Assembly (NCBI GenBank): GCA_963829525.1
Contig: CAWHIJ010000003.1
Coordinates: 2,144,001 to 2,208,000, forward strand
Origin: an uncultured Actinomycetota bacterium
Lineage (GTDB): Bacteria; Actinomycetota; Actinomycetes; JAHEKZ01
Direction: 5' to 3'
Length of the DNA: 64,000 bases
Shown piece after piece: positions 51,251 to 62,236 of the stretch (positions are counted from its first letter, which is position 1; the number at the start of each line of letters is the position of its first letter). The translations under genes and the position numbers were made by a program. The notes beneath the pieces were generated by a model, which was given only the letters and a program-made list of their open reading frames with translations, was not told the origin of the DNA and searched no databases.

Positions 51251-52123
51251 TCAGAACAGAACGGTCGCGAAGGTGCTGTACCGGCCGAACCCCACTCGTT
51301 CGTAGGCTCGGCGCGCTGGCTCGTTGTACGCATTCACGTAGAGGCTGACGATGGGGGCGAACCGGTCGCGCGCGTATCGAACAATGGTCGCCATCCCGGG
51401 AGCTGCCAGACCCTGACCGCGAAGGTCCGGATGCACCCAGACACCTTGAACCTGACAAGCCTGAGACGAGACGGACCCGATCTCGGCCTTGAACACCACT
51501 CGACCATTGTCGATCCGTGCCAGCGCACGACCGGCGAGCACAAGCTCGCGGACCCTTGCCCGATAGAGAGACCCGTCTCCGGACGCGATGGGCGAGACAC
51601 CAACTTCTTCGGTGAACATGTCGATGCAGGCCGGCAGCAAGATATCGAGCTCGTCCTCGCGAACCGGTCGCACTTCGATGTCGCCGTCGCAGGAAGGGTC
51701 GACCGACATCGCCATCACCGGCTGGTCATCACGTACCTCGCGAGCCGCACCCCACGAGCCTTCCAGCATCGACCAGAGCGACAGCACCTGGTCACGCGAA
51801 CCGACAATCGACGAACAGCGCCGGCCTCGTCGCCTTGCCCGTTCCGCAAACGCACCCAAGGCCGCGGGATCGGCAGTATCCGGAACGAGGTTGGCCCCCG
51901 AGTAGCAAAGCCCGCTCCATCGGCGGCCCTGCCCGAAACCCCAGAGCTCGCCACCGAGCCGCCACGAGTGACCGAGGGCCGCCTCAATCCGCGCCGCGAC
52001 AAAGACATTGCCCACCGGGTCAGATGCCAGATGATCGACCGCAGCTTGCAGGTCGGCGACACCGAGAACACGAAGGGCCGAGACGGTGTCCTGCGTCTGC
52101 GGGGGATCGACGTGAGTGGTCAT
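51251..52123 (-). CDS. GNAT acetyltransferase (DUF4081-associated)
   Basis: GANLVP, MFTEEVGVSP, QVQGVWVHP..RGQG, SLYVN; conserved after ispG. Confidence 0.88.
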   Translation of the reverse strand: MTTHVDPPQTQDTVSALRVLGVADLQAAVDHLASDPVGNVFVAARIEAALGHSWRLGGELWGFGQGRRWSGLCYSGANLVPDTADPAALGAFAERARRRGRRCSSIVGSRDQVLSLWSMLEGSWGAAREVRDDQPVMAMSVDPSCDGDIEVRPVREDELDILLPACIDMFTEEVGVSPIASGDGSLYRARVRELVLAGRALARIDNGRVVFKAEIGSVSSQACQVQGVWVHPDLRGQGLAAPGMATIVRYARDRFAPIVSLYVNAYNEPARRAYERVGFGRYSTFATVLF

Positions 52124-52124
52124 G

Positions 52125-53291
52125 TCAGCCGACAACGACCTCTGCGACTTGACCGCTCTCCGGATCGACACCCATCTCTTCAGCCAGACGCAGGGCCTCC
52201 TCGATGAGCGTCTCGACGATCTCGGCTTCGGGAACGGTCTTGATGATCTCGCCGCGAACGAATATCTGTCCCTTGCCGTTTCCAGACGCCACACCCAGAT
52301 CGGCCTCACGGGCTTCCCCGGGCCCGTTGACGACGCAGCCCATCACGGCGACGCGGAGTGGCACGTTCAGACCTTCCAGACCTGCAGTCACCTGTTCGGC
52401 CAGCGTGTAGACATCGACCTGGGCCCGACCGCAGCTGGGACACGAGACGATCTCCAGGCCGCGCTCGCGCAGCCCGAGCGACTCAAGGATCGCGATACCG
52501 ACCTTGACCTCCTCCACGGGCGGAGCAGACAGCGAGACCCGGATCGTGTCCCCAATCCCCTCGGCAAGAAGAGCACCGAAGGCCACGGCCGACTTCACCG
52601 TTCCCTGAAACGTCGGACCCGCCTCTGTGACACCGAGATGGAGCGGATAGTCGCACTGCTCGGAGAGCTGGCGGTAGGCCGCGACCATCACAACGGGATC
52701 GTGGTGCTTGACAGAGATCTTGATTTCACCGAAGCCGTGCTCCTCAAAGAGCGAGCACTCCCAGAGCGCTGACTCGACCAAGGCTTCAGGTGTCGCTTTG
52801 CCGTACTTGGCCAGCAGCCGCGGATCGAGCGACCCGGCGTTGACTCCAATGCGAATGGGCACCTGAGCGTCACCCGCAGCCTTGGCGATCTCACCGACCT
52901 TGTCGTCGAACTGCTTGATGTTGCCCGGATTGACGCGCACCCCTGCGCAGCCAGCGTCGATGGCAGCGAAGACGTAGCGGGGTTGGAAGTGGATATCGGC
53001 GATCACCGGGATCTGTGACTTCTTGGCGATGGTGGCGAGCGCGTCGGCGTCGTCCTGGCTCGGGCAAGCCACCCGAACGACCTGACAGCCGGATGCAGTG
53101 AGTTCAGCGATCTGCTGCAAGGTGGCGTTGATGTCTGCGGTCACCGTCGTCGTCATCGACTGCACCGAGACGGGGGCATCGCCACCAACTGGAACCGGGT
53201 GCGTGGGGTGGCGAAGCACGATCTGTCGGGTCGGCCGCCGCGCTGCGAGCGGTTTTGGCGGCGGGGTCGGGACGCCGAGGGCGATGGTCAT
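52125..53291 (-). CDS. ispG: (E)-4-hydroxy-3-methylbut-2-enyl-diphosphate synthase
   Basis: [33 protein letters not shown]. Confidence 0.98.
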   Translation of the reverse strand: MTIALGVPTPPPKPLAARRPTRQIVLRHPTHPVPVGGDAPVSVQSMTTTVTADINATLQQIAELTASGCQVVRVACPSQDDADALATIAKKSQIPVIADIHFQPRYVFAAIDAGCAGVRVNPGNIKQFDDKVGEIAKAAGDAQVPIRIGVNAGSLDPRLLAKYGKATPEALVESALWECSLFEEHGFGEIKISVKHHDPVVMVAAYRQLSEQCDYPLHLGVTEAGPTFQGTVKSAVAFGALLAEGIGDTIRVSLSAPPVEEVKVGIAILESLGLRERGLEIVSCPSCGRAQVDVYTLAEQVTAGLEGLNVPLRVAVMGCVVNGPGEAREADLGVASGNGKGQIFVRGEIIKTVPEAEIVETLIEEALRLAEEMGVDPESGQVAEVVVG

Positions 53292-53373
53292 GCCCCCAGT
53301 ATCCTCCCGATCCGTCGAAACGACCTGTGCAGGTGCGTTCAGCGCAGGTGCGTTCAGCCCAGGTTCAGTGGGT

Positions 53374-54666
53374 TCAGCTGAGCGAGATCGGATTGACGAT
53401 GTCGGCGTAGATCAGCAGCACCGACATTCCGATGAGCAGAAATGCGACGGTGTAGGCGACCGGCAGCATCTTGGCGACGTCGACGGGACCGGGGTCGGGG
53501 CGACCCCGGATCGTGGCGATCTTGCGCCTGGCTCCTTCGTACAGGGCCCCGGCCACATGCCCGCCGTCCAGGGGTAGCAACGGGATGAGGTTGAAGAAGA
53601 AGAGCGCCATGTTGAGGGCCGCCAGCAGCGTCAGCCAGTTGGCCACCTTCCAACTGAGTGTGGCCTGGTCCTCGGCAACGGCGACGCTGAAGCGCCCGAC
53701 CCCGACGACGCTGACGGGCCCGGTGGGGTCACGCTCCTCATCACTGAAGGCCGCTTGCCAGACCCCGACCATCTTGCTGGGAATCGAGACGATGGCCTGA
53801 CCGGACCGGTACACGAACTCCCACATCCGCTCCGGAACGGCTGCGATCGACGTCTGCTGCTGCTCGATCGACGGGCTCAGCCCGATGAAGCCGGCGGTGA
53901 TCTCCTGGGTGGGGTCGTCCGGATCGGGAACTTGCGTGCTGCCAACGGTGACCGGGAGGTCGAGGGTCGAGCCGTTGCGCTCGACGGTGAGGAGGATCTC
54001 TTTCCCCGGCTGGGCACGTACGACGTCAACGATGGTAAGCCAGTCGTCATAGGTGACGCCGTCGACAGCGACGACCACGTCACCTGCCTCGACCCCAGCA
54101 GCTGCTGCTGGGCTCTGTGGGTCGTTGTCGGTGCACGTCGCCTCGACATTGCTGGGGACGCAAGGGGCAACCGTGTTGACCGTGGTCGTCAGTGTGGGAA
54201 CGCCGAGCAGAACGAGAGCCACGGTGTAGAGCACCGCCGCCAGGAACAGGTTCATGGTGGGCCCGCCCAGCATGACGACAATCTTTCGGTGCACAGGCAA
54301 CTGGAAGAAGGCGCGGTGTTCCTCGCCGGCCCTGATCTCCTCGGTCGACGAGCGCCTGGCGTCCTCGATCATCGACTGGAAGGGACCGGTGCTGGAGGCG
54401 GCCAGGACGAGATCGCCCTTCGGATTGCGGTGCGGCGGGAACATGCCGACCATTCGGATGTAGCCACCGAACGGAATGGCCTTGACTCCGTACTCGGTCT
54501 CACCCCGGACGCGCGACCACATGGTGGGGCCGAAGCCGACCATGTACTGGGTGACACGGACCCCGAAGCGTTTGGCCGGAACGAGGTGTCCGACCTCGTG
54601 CAGTGCAATGGAGCCAAGGACCCCGACGGCGAAGACGGCTAGGCCGATCAGCCCCGCACCGCTCAC
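53374..54666 (-). CDS. M50 RIP metalloprotease with PDZ domain (Rip1/RseP-like)
   Basis: [25 protein letters not shown]. Confidence 0.93.
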   Translation of the reverse strand: MSGAGLIGLAVFAVGVLGSIALHEVGHLVPAKRFGVRVTQYMVGFGPTMWSRVRGETEYGVKAIPFGGYIRMVGMFPPHRNPKGDLVLAASSTGPFQSMIEDARRSSTEEIRAGEEHRAFFQLPVHRKIVVMLGGPTMNLFLAAVLYTVALVLLGVPTLTTTVNTVAPCVPSNVEATCTDNDPQSPAAAAGVEAGDVVVAVDGVTYDDWLTIVDVVRAQPGKEILLTVERNGSTLDLPVTVGSTQVPDPDDPTQEITAGFIGLSPSIEQQQTSIAAVPERMWEFVYRSGQAIVSIPSKMVGVWQAAFSDEERDPTGPVSVVGVGRFSVAVAEDQATLSWKVANWLTLLAALNMALFFFNLIPLLPLDGGHVAGALYEGARRKIATIRGRPDPGPVDVAKMLPVAYTVAFLLIGMSVLLIYADIVNPISLS

Positions 54667-54692
54667 CGTGTTCCCCTTCGCTCTCGCACTCG

Positions 54693-55901
54693 TCAGTCAC
54701 CGCTCTGGGCACCCAGGACGGCGTCGGCCGTCTGCCGGGCCCACCGATCGGCGTCCAGTACGTCATCAACGGTAAGCGACGAGGCGGTCTGGCTCGACCC
54801 CGATCCGGTTTCGCTGCGGCCAGATAGGCCTCCGAGGTGCTCGTCGAGCACGGCCTCGATAGTGGCGACGATGGCCAGGAATGACGTTCGACCGGCCAGG
54901 AAGCCGGCCACTGCCACCTCATTGGCTGCGTTGAAGACAGCGGGAGCAGTTCCCCCCGCACCGCCGGCGCGTCGGGCCAAGTCGACGGCCGGGAACGCAT
55001 CTGCATCGAGCGGTTCGAACTCCCAGGTGGCCGAACGCGTCCAGTCCAGGGCGGGAGCCGCGTCAGCCACTCGATCGGGCCAGGCGAGCCCAAGGGATAT
55101 CGGGAGCCGCATGTCCGGAGGGCTCGCCTGAACGATGGTCGAGCCATCGACGAACTCAACCATCGAGTGGACGATCGACTGCGGGTGGACGACCACCTCG
55201 ATGCGGTCGAAAGGTATGTCGAAGAGCAAGTGCGCCTCGATCACTTCCAGCCCCTTGTTCACCAACGTTGCGGAGTTCGTGGTGACCAGCGGCCCCATGT
55301 CCCAGGTGGGGTGAGCCAGCGCCTCCGCTGGCGTGACCGCGCCGAGCTCGCTCCGTGCGCGGGTCCGGAACGGCCCGCCACTGGCGGTGAGCACCAGGCG
55401 CCGCACCTCTTCGCGGCGACCGCCACGAAGGCACTGGGCAAGCGCGGAGTGCTCGGAGTCGACCGGGACGATCTGCCCACGCGCCGCCGCAGCCGTGACC
55501 AGCGGCCCCCCGATGATCAGCGACTCCTTGTTCGCAAGCGCCAAACGGCGCCCGGCATCGAGGGCAGCGAGCGTCGGCCGCAGTCCGGCTGCGCCGTCCA
55601 TGCCGTTGAGCACCGTGTCGCACGGCCAGGCAGCGACCTGGCTCGCGGCATCGGGGCCAACCAGAAGCTCGGCGCTGACGCCGTTCGCGTCCAACCTGGC
55701 GCGGACGGCGTCAGCAGCAGTCGGGTCCGCGACTCCGACGACGTCAACTCCGAGGCGGGCAGCCTGGTCGGCGAGCAGCTGCGGGCGCCCTCCCCCGGCT
55801 GCGATCGCGACGACGCGAAAGGCGTCCGGGTTGCGCGAGATGACGTCGATCGCCTGAGTGCCGATCGAGCCGGTCGAGCCGAGGATGGAGACAAGTCGCA
55901 C
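54693..55901 (-). CDS. dxr: 1-deoxy-D-xylulose-5-phosphate reductoisomerase
   Basis: [37 protein letters not shown]. Confidence 0.98.
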   Translation of the reverse strand: MRLVSILGSTGSIGTQAIDVISRNPDAFRVVAIAAGGGRPQLLADQAARLGVDVVGVADPTAADAVRARLDANGVSAELLVGPDAASQVAAWPCDTVLNGMDGAAGLRPTLAALDAGRRLALANKESLIIGGPLVTAAAARGQIVPVDSEHSALAQCLRGGRREEVRRLVLTASGGPFRTRARSELGAVTPAEALAHPTWDMGPLVTTNSATLVNKGLEVIEAHLLFDIPFDRIEVVVHPQSIVHSMVEFVDGSTIVQASPPDMRLPISLGLAWPDRVADAAPALDWTRSATWEFEPLDADAFPAVDLARRAGGAGGTAPAVFNAANEVAVAGFLAGRTSFLAIVATIEAVLDEHLGGLSGRSETGSGSSQTASSLTVDDVLDADRWARQTADAVLGAQSGD

Positions 55902-55940
55902 ACCTGCAGTCTGGCAGTGCCGGAGCAGGCTCTGCTCGGG

Positions 55941-57295
55941 CTACCCATGCGGTGGTGGGTCGGGGTTGGTGTATTGCCAGGGTTGGGTGAGGTAGGTGCG
56001 TCCGGTGGGGGTGGTCCAGGTCATGGTGCCGGTGGGGTGGAGTTCGGCGTTCCATCCGGGGGTGTGTTTGAGGCGGTGGTGCCGCCGGCACAAGACAGCG
56101 AGGTTGGTCGCTGCGGTGGGGCCTTGCGGCCAGGGCACGGTGTGGTCGAGGTCGGTGCCGGAGCTGTCGGCGGAGCGGCGGCAGCCGGGGAACCGGCAGG
56201 TCACATCCCGGGCGCGGACGGCCCGGTCCAGCCCTGCCGACGGCCGGTAGCGGTTCTCGGCTAGGTCGGTCAGGATCCCGGTGGTCGGGTCGGTCAGCAA
56301 CCGCCGGAAGGTCACATGGGATCCCACTCCGACGCCGGCACCGCCAGTGCCAGCTCGTCACCAGCCGTTTCACGGTCACCGGTTCCTGCACCGGTTGCGA
56401 TGAGCTCGTTGATTTCGGTGGCGGTGACCGGTCCCAGTCCGGGAACCCAGCCGGGTTGGTCGCTGTCTCCGGTGATCGTGTCGGCGGGCACGATCACCTG
56501 CAGGTTCACCGCCGGTGGCTGGGTGCGTCCGAGGAGCAGGTCGACCATCGTGTCGGCGCGGCGTTGGTCCATGGTCCGGGCATCACCGCTGCGCCCAGCT
56601 GCTGGGCGCAGCTGGTCAGGGCTTGTCTGGATCTGTCGGGCCTGCACCGCGGGGAGCAGCGCCCACAGCTCGCTCATGCCGTCCTCGCCGGGGGTGATGA
56701 CCACCCGCCGGTCGGCTACAGCGCGTTGCCGGCGTTCCTCGGCCGCTTCAGGGTCGGCGGCGATCACCTTCCGGCGCAGCCACTCCCGCAGCTGCGGCGC
56801 GGTCCGGGACCTGCCGGGCTCGGTGGCGTAACCGACGGCATCGGCGGCGACCTGCTGCGGCGGTGACCGGGTCCAGAGGCAGGGGCGACCTGCTCGACGA
56901 TCACCGCGACCTTGCGGGCATCGACCCGGCCGGCCCGCCACGCCGCAGCGACCACCGGCAGGCCGGCGACCCGGCACGCAGTGTCATACCGGGCCACCGC
57001 GGCCATCTTCGTCCACCCCAGCAGCACCCCGATCTCATCGGGAACATACGTTTCGCGGCACTGCTGCGACCACATCGGCTCACCACCGGCGACCACTTCA
57101 GCCTGGTCAGCGGCCCGCGCCCGGACCCCCATCTGCACCATCGCGTCAGCCTGAATCGCCTGCAGCATCGCCACGGCGCGTTCGCACTCGACCACCCGAT
57201 CCCGGAGCGCATCATCACCGAGCCGCGCGACCGGCATCGCAGCATCGAGCAGGCCGATCAACCTGCTCGACGATGCTGACCGTGGACGAGTTCAT
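55941..57295 (-). pseudogene. DUF222-domain HNH endonuclease split by multiple frameshifts
   Basis: Fragments in different frames: MNSSTV.., LQAIQADAM..GRVDARKV, TAPQLREWLRR..QRRADTMVDL, RYRPS..RDVTCRFPGC..DLDHTVPW..NLAVLCRRHHRLKH. Confidence 0.8.
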
Positions 57296-57302
57296 GCACC
57301 AC

Positions 57303-57325
57303 ACTCTGCCAGCCACCACCGACAA
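57303..57325 (-). promoter_or_regulatory. RecA-NDp-like promoter, leaderless, for the second HNH gene
   Basis: Minus strand TTGTCGGTG-GTGGCTGG-CAGAGT, then 7 nt, then ATG. Confidence 0.65.
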
Positions 57326-57441
57326 GACACCGACGAGTTTCCCCAGGCCACGCCTGGGAAAACGAGCGCCATGGACCTGCGCACTCGAAAGCAGCGATGC
57401 CATGTGGGAAACAGACTGTGGCCCACATGGCGCCCCTACCT

Positions 57442-59694
57442 CTAAACCAGTGCCGGCTCGCGGTCCCGCTGGTTCCCGTCGTCATCGGGCCGCTCGTCAC
57501 CAGCAGCGCCGGACCGCTCGTCACCAGCAGCGCCGGGCAGCTCCACACGTGCAGGAGCCGGAAGCTCGGAGACCTCACGGATTCCGAACCGCTCCCAGAA
57601 ACGGAGCATCGGGGCAGGCGCCCACCAGTTCCAGCGACCGAGTAGACGCATCGTCGCCGGCACCAGGAAGGCGCGCACGATCGTGGCGTCGATGATGACT
57701 GCCACTGCAAGTCCGACACCAATCATCTGGATGAAGGTGATGCCGCTTGTGGCAAAAGATCCTGCGACGACCACGAACAAGAGTGCCGCGCTCGTGATGA
57801 TCCGTCCGGTGCGCTGCAGCCCACGGGCGACAGCTGCCGTGTTGTCACCGGTGCGGTCCCACTCCTCACGGATGCGACTGAGGAGGAATACCTCGTAGTC
57901 CATCGAGAGTCCAAAGACCATCGCGAACATCAGCACAGGCTGCGTGGCCTCCAAGGTTCCCGTCGAGGTGAAGCCGAGCAACCCCTCGAGCTTGCCCTGC
58001 TGGAAGCCCCAAACCAGGATGCCGAACGTCGCCGAGAGCGAGAGCACGTTCATCACGATCGCCTTGAGCGGCAAGATGACTGACCCGAATGCAAGGAAGA
58101 GGAGAACGAAGGTCACCACCACGATGTAGCCGAGCGCCCATGGGAGGCGGTCGCCAATCCCAGCCAGCAGGTCGACCAACCGAGCGGTCTCTCCGGTCAC
58201 CGTCATCTCTGCGCCAGCCGGAAGCTCGGCATCGAATGCGCGAACGTCGCTCACGATCTGCTGGACGGAGTCCTCAGATGACTCTCCTCGGTACGCCAGC
58301 GACACGATCGCAGCGTCGCCCTCGGTCGCGGTCACGGTGGCCGAAGTGACACCTGGAACGTCGGCCAGTGCTTGCGTCGCAGCGTTCACGCCAGCCTCGT
58401 CCACGCCTTGCAGAACGACGTCGATCGGAGCAGCCGATGCGCTCGGGAACTGCTCGGCGAGCAGGTCCGACGCCACCCGGCTCTCAGCATCCGCGGGGAG
58501 AACACGAGCATCTACTCCGCCGAAGGCCACCTGGAAGAAGGGTGCTCCGAGAACGGCAAGCAGAGTCACCGTCACGCCGGTCACGATGATCGGTCGCCGC
58601 ATGACCCAATGAGCCAACCGCGCCCAGCGTCCATCGTCAGAGGTACTGGCTGTCGCCTGACCACGACGCCACGGCAGCCTCAGCGAGTCGACCCGGTGCC
58701 CCATGACGGCGAGCAACGCCGGCAGCGTGGTGAGTGCAGCAGCAACCGCCATGACGACAGCTGCGATGCCGCCGAGCCCCATCGACTGCAAGAAGTTCAT
58801 CGGGAAGAGCAGGAGGGCACCCAAGGACACGGCGACCGTCAAGCCAGAAACAGCCACGGTACGGCCAGCTGTTGCCATCGTACGTGCGACCGCGTCCTCA
58901 ACCTCGAATCCCGCGGCCAACTCCTCACGGAAGCGACTGACCACGAACAGCGCGTAGTCAATGGCAAGGCCGAGGCCGAGCAGCGTGACGATGTTGACGG
59001 CGAAGACGCTGACGTCGCCGAACTGAGTAGCGACGTTGAGCAACGTGAACGCGCCGAGGATCGAGATCCCGCCAACCGCCAGCGGCAGGCTGGCCGCGGC
59101 AAGGCTGCCGAAGACGATCACGAGGAGCAGCAACAGAATCGGGAATGAGAATGACTCGGCCCGCGCCAGGTCATTCTCGATCTGTGAGTTGATGTCGACG
59201 AACGTGGGCACCTGGCCGCCACGGTAGGAATCCACGCCGGGAACGACCAACGAGTCGGCCACGGCCAGGTAGGACTCCTCGCGCTCGGCATCGGTGCTTC
59301 CCGCCAACGCAAGGGTCGCGAAGGTGGCGCCGCCGTCGTCGGAGACGAACCCTGGGGCACCTCCGGTGCTCCAGTAGGACGTCACCGAAGTCACCTCTGA
59401 CAACGGAAGCGCGTTGAGCGCCGACTCGACTGCACCACCGAAGGCTGGGTCATCGATCGTCGCTCCCGCATCCTGATACACGACAACGACGTCTCCGGTC
59501 ACGTGCCCAAAGGTCGTGTCGACCAACGCAGCCGTAACCGTCGACTCTGCCTTGGGGTCTTCGAACCCACCGTCCGACAGCGACCCGAAGACTCCGGTCC
59601 CCCAGCCGATGGCGACGGCGACGAAGAGGCCGGTCAGAGCGAGCACCGCCCGGCGGCGGCGGTACGTGAAGTGTCCAAGTCGTTCGAAGAGCAT
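57442..59694 (-). CDS. MMPL (RND-family) transporter
   Basis: GLAIDYALFVVSRFREE, ATAGRTV, FGLSMDYEVFLLSRIREE, LLGRWNWWAP. Confidence 0.93.
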   Translation of the reverse strand: MLFERLGHFTYRRRRAVLALTGLFVAVAIGWGTGVFGSLSDGGFEDPKAESTVTAALVDTTFGHVTGDVVVVYQDAGATIDDPAFGGAVESALNALPLSEVTSVTSYWSTGGAPGFVSDDGGATFATLALAGSTDAEREESYLAVADSLVVPGVDSYRGGQVPTFVDINSQIENDLARAESFSFPILLLLLVIVFGSLAAASLPLAVGGISILGAFTLLNVATQFGDVSVFAVNIVTLLGLGLAIDYALFVVSRFREELAAGFEVEDAVARTMATAGRTVAVSGLTVAVSLGALLLFPMNFLQSMGLGGIAAVVMAVAAALTTLPALLAVMGHRVDSLRLPWRRGQATASTSDDGRWARLAHWVMRRPIIVTGVTVTLLAVLGAPFFQVAFGGVDARVLPADAESRVASDLLAEQFPSASAAPIDVVLQGVDEAGVNAATQALADVPGVTSATVTATEGDAAIVSLAYRGESSEDSVQQIVSDVRAFDAELPAGAEMTVTGETARLVDLLAGIGDRLPWALGYIVVVTFVLLFLAFGSVILPLKAIVMNVLSLSATFGILVWGFQQGKLEGLLGFTSTGTLEATQPVLMFAMVFGLSMDYEVFLLSRIREEWDRTGDNTAAVARGLQRTGRIITSAALLFVVVAGSFATSGITFIQMIGVGLAVAVIIDATIVRAFLVPATMRLLGRWNWWAPAPMLRFWERFGIREVSELPAPARVELPGAAGDERSGAAGDERPDDDGNQRDREPALV

Positions 59695-59749
59695 GTCGAG
59701 CCCCTTTCGGGCGGCCGAGGCGGTACCGTGGTGATACATCATCACGAGA

Positions 59750-59798
59750 GTGAACGTTGTTTACCGTTGTCTGTCACTACTATGCAAACGGTGTACAC
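59750..59798. promoter_or_regulatory. Two imperfect palindromic operators between MMPL and TetR
   Basis: GTGAAC-GTT-GTTTAC (59750-59764) and GCAAAC-GGT-GTACAC (59784-59798) in an AT-rich divergent spacer. Confidence 0.55.
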
Positions 59799-59861
59799 TT
59801 TTGTCAAGACCATTCACCAAAGTCGGAAGCAAACACCGTGTCAGCGAGCGAGGAGGCCGAG

Positions 59862-60641
59862 ATGAGCGCCATCGAGGCAGCACCACCGACGGCAGCACCA
59901 CCGCCCGCTGGCCCTACCCGTCGCGAGCGGCTCCGCGAGCAGACGCGCGCCGAGATCAAGGCCGCAGCGAGGGCCCAGTTGGTCGCAGGCGGGCCTGCCG
60001 GGATCCAACTTCGAGCCGTCGCCAGGGATGTCGGGCTCACCGCCCCCGCGCTCTACCGCTACTTCCCGAGCCTGGAAGACCTGATCGAATCGGTCACGGT
60101 CGACCTGTTCGACGAGCTCTGTGATGCCATGGAGGCTTCGGCCGCCGCTGTCACCGACCCCTTCGACCGCATGCTGGCGCTGAGCCGAGGCTTTCGCGGG
60201 TGGGCGATGGCGCACCCGCACGAGTTTGGTCTGCTCTTCGCCATTGCACCGACGGCGCTCGGTCAGCAGCCGTCTAACGCATGCCAGAAAGCAAGCGACA
60301 GGTTCGGCAACCTCTTCGCCAGCGCTTTCATCGAAATGTGGGACGCGAATCCCTTTCCCGTACCGGCTGATGACGTTGTCGCCAAAGATCTGCGCGCGGG
60401 CCTCGATCCCTACTGGACTTGGCTGACGGCAAACGTCGCACCCGACATGCCCGTCGGCGCAGTTGTGACGTTCCTCGAGGGATGGGTCCGCATCTTTGGC
60501 TGCGTTGCCATGGAGGCGTTCGGCCACCTGTCGTGGGCGCTGCCTGACGGCGAGCCGATGTTCGAACAGGTCATGCGCAGTCTCGCTGAACTCGTGCACC
60601 GGCCGGACGCCTACCGGCCACCCACGCGTCCTAGAGCGTGA
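59862..60641 (+). CDS. TetR family regulator (WHG-like C-terminal domain)
   Basis: LRAVARDVGLTAPALYRYF, WAMAHPHEFGLLF, FGCVAMEAFGH; GAGGAGG RBS. Confidence 0.9.
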   Translation: MSAIEAAPPTAAPPPAGPTRRERLREQTRAEIKAAARAQLVAGGPAGIQLRAVARDVGLTAPALYRYFPSLEDLIESVTVDLFDELCDAMEASAAAVTDPFDRMLALSRGFRGWAMAHPHEFGLLFAIAPTALGQQPSNACQKASDRFGNLFASAFIEMWDANPFPVPADDVVAKDLRAGLDPYWTWLTANVAPDMPVGAVVTFLEGWVRIFGCVAMEAFGHLSWALPDGEPMFEQVMRSLAELVHRPDAYRPPTRPRA

Positions 60642-62085
60642 TCCCGGTCAACACCATGACCCGCTCTTCGGTGAAGTCGGTCATGGCGTAGGCGACGCCC
60701 TCGCGTCCGACACCGGACTCCTTCACCCCGCCGTAGGGCATCTGGTCGGCGCGGTAGCTCGGCACATCACCGATGATCACACCGCCGACGTGCAGCTCGG
60801 CGAAGAAGCGGAAGGCAGTCTGGGTGTCCTTGGTGAACACTCCGGTCTGCAGTCCGAACCGCGAGTCGTTGACCGCAGCGATGGCACCGTCGACGCCGTC
60901 GACGGGCGCGAGAACAACGACCGGGCCGAAAACTTCCTCGCTCCACACCTTGGCATCCTCGGGGACGTCGACGAGTACCGCCGGCGAGACCGATGCTCCG
61001 TGGCGCACTCCACCGGTGAGCAGCTTGGCGCCACCATCGACTGCCTCGTCGATCCAGGAGACAACGCGCACCGCGGCGTTCTCGTCAACAAGCGGTCCGA
61101 CTTCGGTTGCTGCGTCAACAGAGTCGCCGGTGACCAGCTTGTCGACTTCGCTCACCACTCGTGCAACAACGTCTTCGTAGATTGGGCGGTCCACCAGCAC
61201 TCGCTGTACCGAGATGCAGGACTGTCCGGCCTGGTAGTTGGCGAACATTGCGATGCGTTCCGCCGCCCATGCGATGTCCTTCTCGGCGCCGAAGTCCTCG
61301 AGCACCACGGCAGCGGCGTTGCCGCCGAGCTCGAGAACGACGTGCTTGTGCGGCACCGCCTCACGGATTGAGTATCCGATGGGCGCCGATCCGGTGAACG
61401 AGATGATCGGCAGCCGGGGGTCGGCAACGAGCGACGGCATTCGGTCGTTCGGTACTGGAAGCACCGACCACATCCCGGGCGGCAGGTCGGTCTCGGCAAT
61501 CAGCTCACCGAGCGCCAAGGCAGACAGCGGCGTCGCCGGCGCCGGCTTGATGAGAATGGGAGCGCCAACCGCGAGCGCCGGTGCCACCTTGTGAGCAACG
61601 AGGTTGAGCGGAAAGTTGAAGGGAGCGATCCCGAGCACCGGGCCTTTCGGCACTCGCTTGACCAGTGCCAACCGACCATCGGCAGCAACTTCGGTGTCGA
61701 GGCGTTGCACATCCCCGCTCCAGCGCCTGGTCTCCTCAGACGCCCACCGGAAGACGCTGGCTGCCCTCGTCACCTCGATGCGTGCCCACTTGATCGGCTT
61801 GCCGTTCTCAGCAGTGATCAGTCCAGCGATCTCCTCTCGGCGTTCGAGCAGGCGAGCGGCCACATGCGCGAGCGCGTCGGCGCGCTGTCCCAAGGTGAGC
61901 CGCTGGGCCTCGGCCTGGGCATGGTCAAGCGCGGAGACGGCCTCCTCGACCTGCGCGTCCGAGGGCACACTGACACTGGCCACCAGCTGACCGTCGGGGC
62001 CTCGGACGTCGATCTGCTCCTCACCAAGAGCTGGACGCCCGGCGAGCCAAAATGGCACCGGACCTGAGGGCGAATCAGTCGACAT
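60631..62085 (-). CDS. Aldehyde dehydrogenase family protein
   Basis: PFNFPL, FTGS, LELGGN, GQSCIS, EEVFGP, PYGGVKESG. Confidence 0.95.
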   Translation of the reverse strand: MSTDSPSGPVPFWLAGRPALGEEQIDVRGPDGQLVASVSVPSDAQVEEAVSALDHAQAEAQRLTLGQRADALAHVAARLLERREEIAGLITAENGKPIKWARIEVTRAASVFRWASEETRRWSGDVQRLDTEVAADGRLALVKRVPKGPVLGIAPFNFPLNLVAHKVAPALAVGAPILIKPAPATPLSALALGELIAETDLPPGMWSVLPVPNDRMPSLVADPRLPIISFTGSAPIGYSIREAVPHKHVVLELGGNAAAVVLEDFGAEKDIAWAAERIAMFANYQAGQSCISVQRVLVDRPIYEDVVARVVSEVDKLVTGDSVDAATEVGPLVDENAAVRVVSWIDEAVDGGAKLLTGGVRHGASVSPAVLVDVPEDAKVWSEEVFGPVVVLAPVDGVDGAIAAVNDSRFGLQTGVFTKDTQTAFRFFAELHVGGVIIGDVPSYRADQMPYGGVKESGVGREGVAYAMTDFTEERVMVLTGITL

Positions 62086-62153
62086 GGGACTCCTTAGACA
62101 GGTGGACACCCTTCACGCTAGGCGGCGACCAGGGCTGTCTCATTGTGCAGATT

Positions 62154-62179
62154 GGCCAATTGAACGCAGTCAATTGGCC
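62154..62179. promoter_or_regulatory. Inverted repeat upstream of the aldehyde dehydrogenase
   Basis: GGCCAATTGA-N6-TCAATTGGCC. Confidence 0.5.
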
Positions 62180-62236
62180 TCGTTGGACATTTCCCAACCT
62201 GCGGCTGATCACACCACCACGATCACCGCACCACGA

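Noticed and set aside
55902-57440. Terminal inverted repeats or target-site duplication around the second HNH
   Set aside because: Only local hairpins seen (55923-55937, ~57338-57362); no matching ends found by eye.
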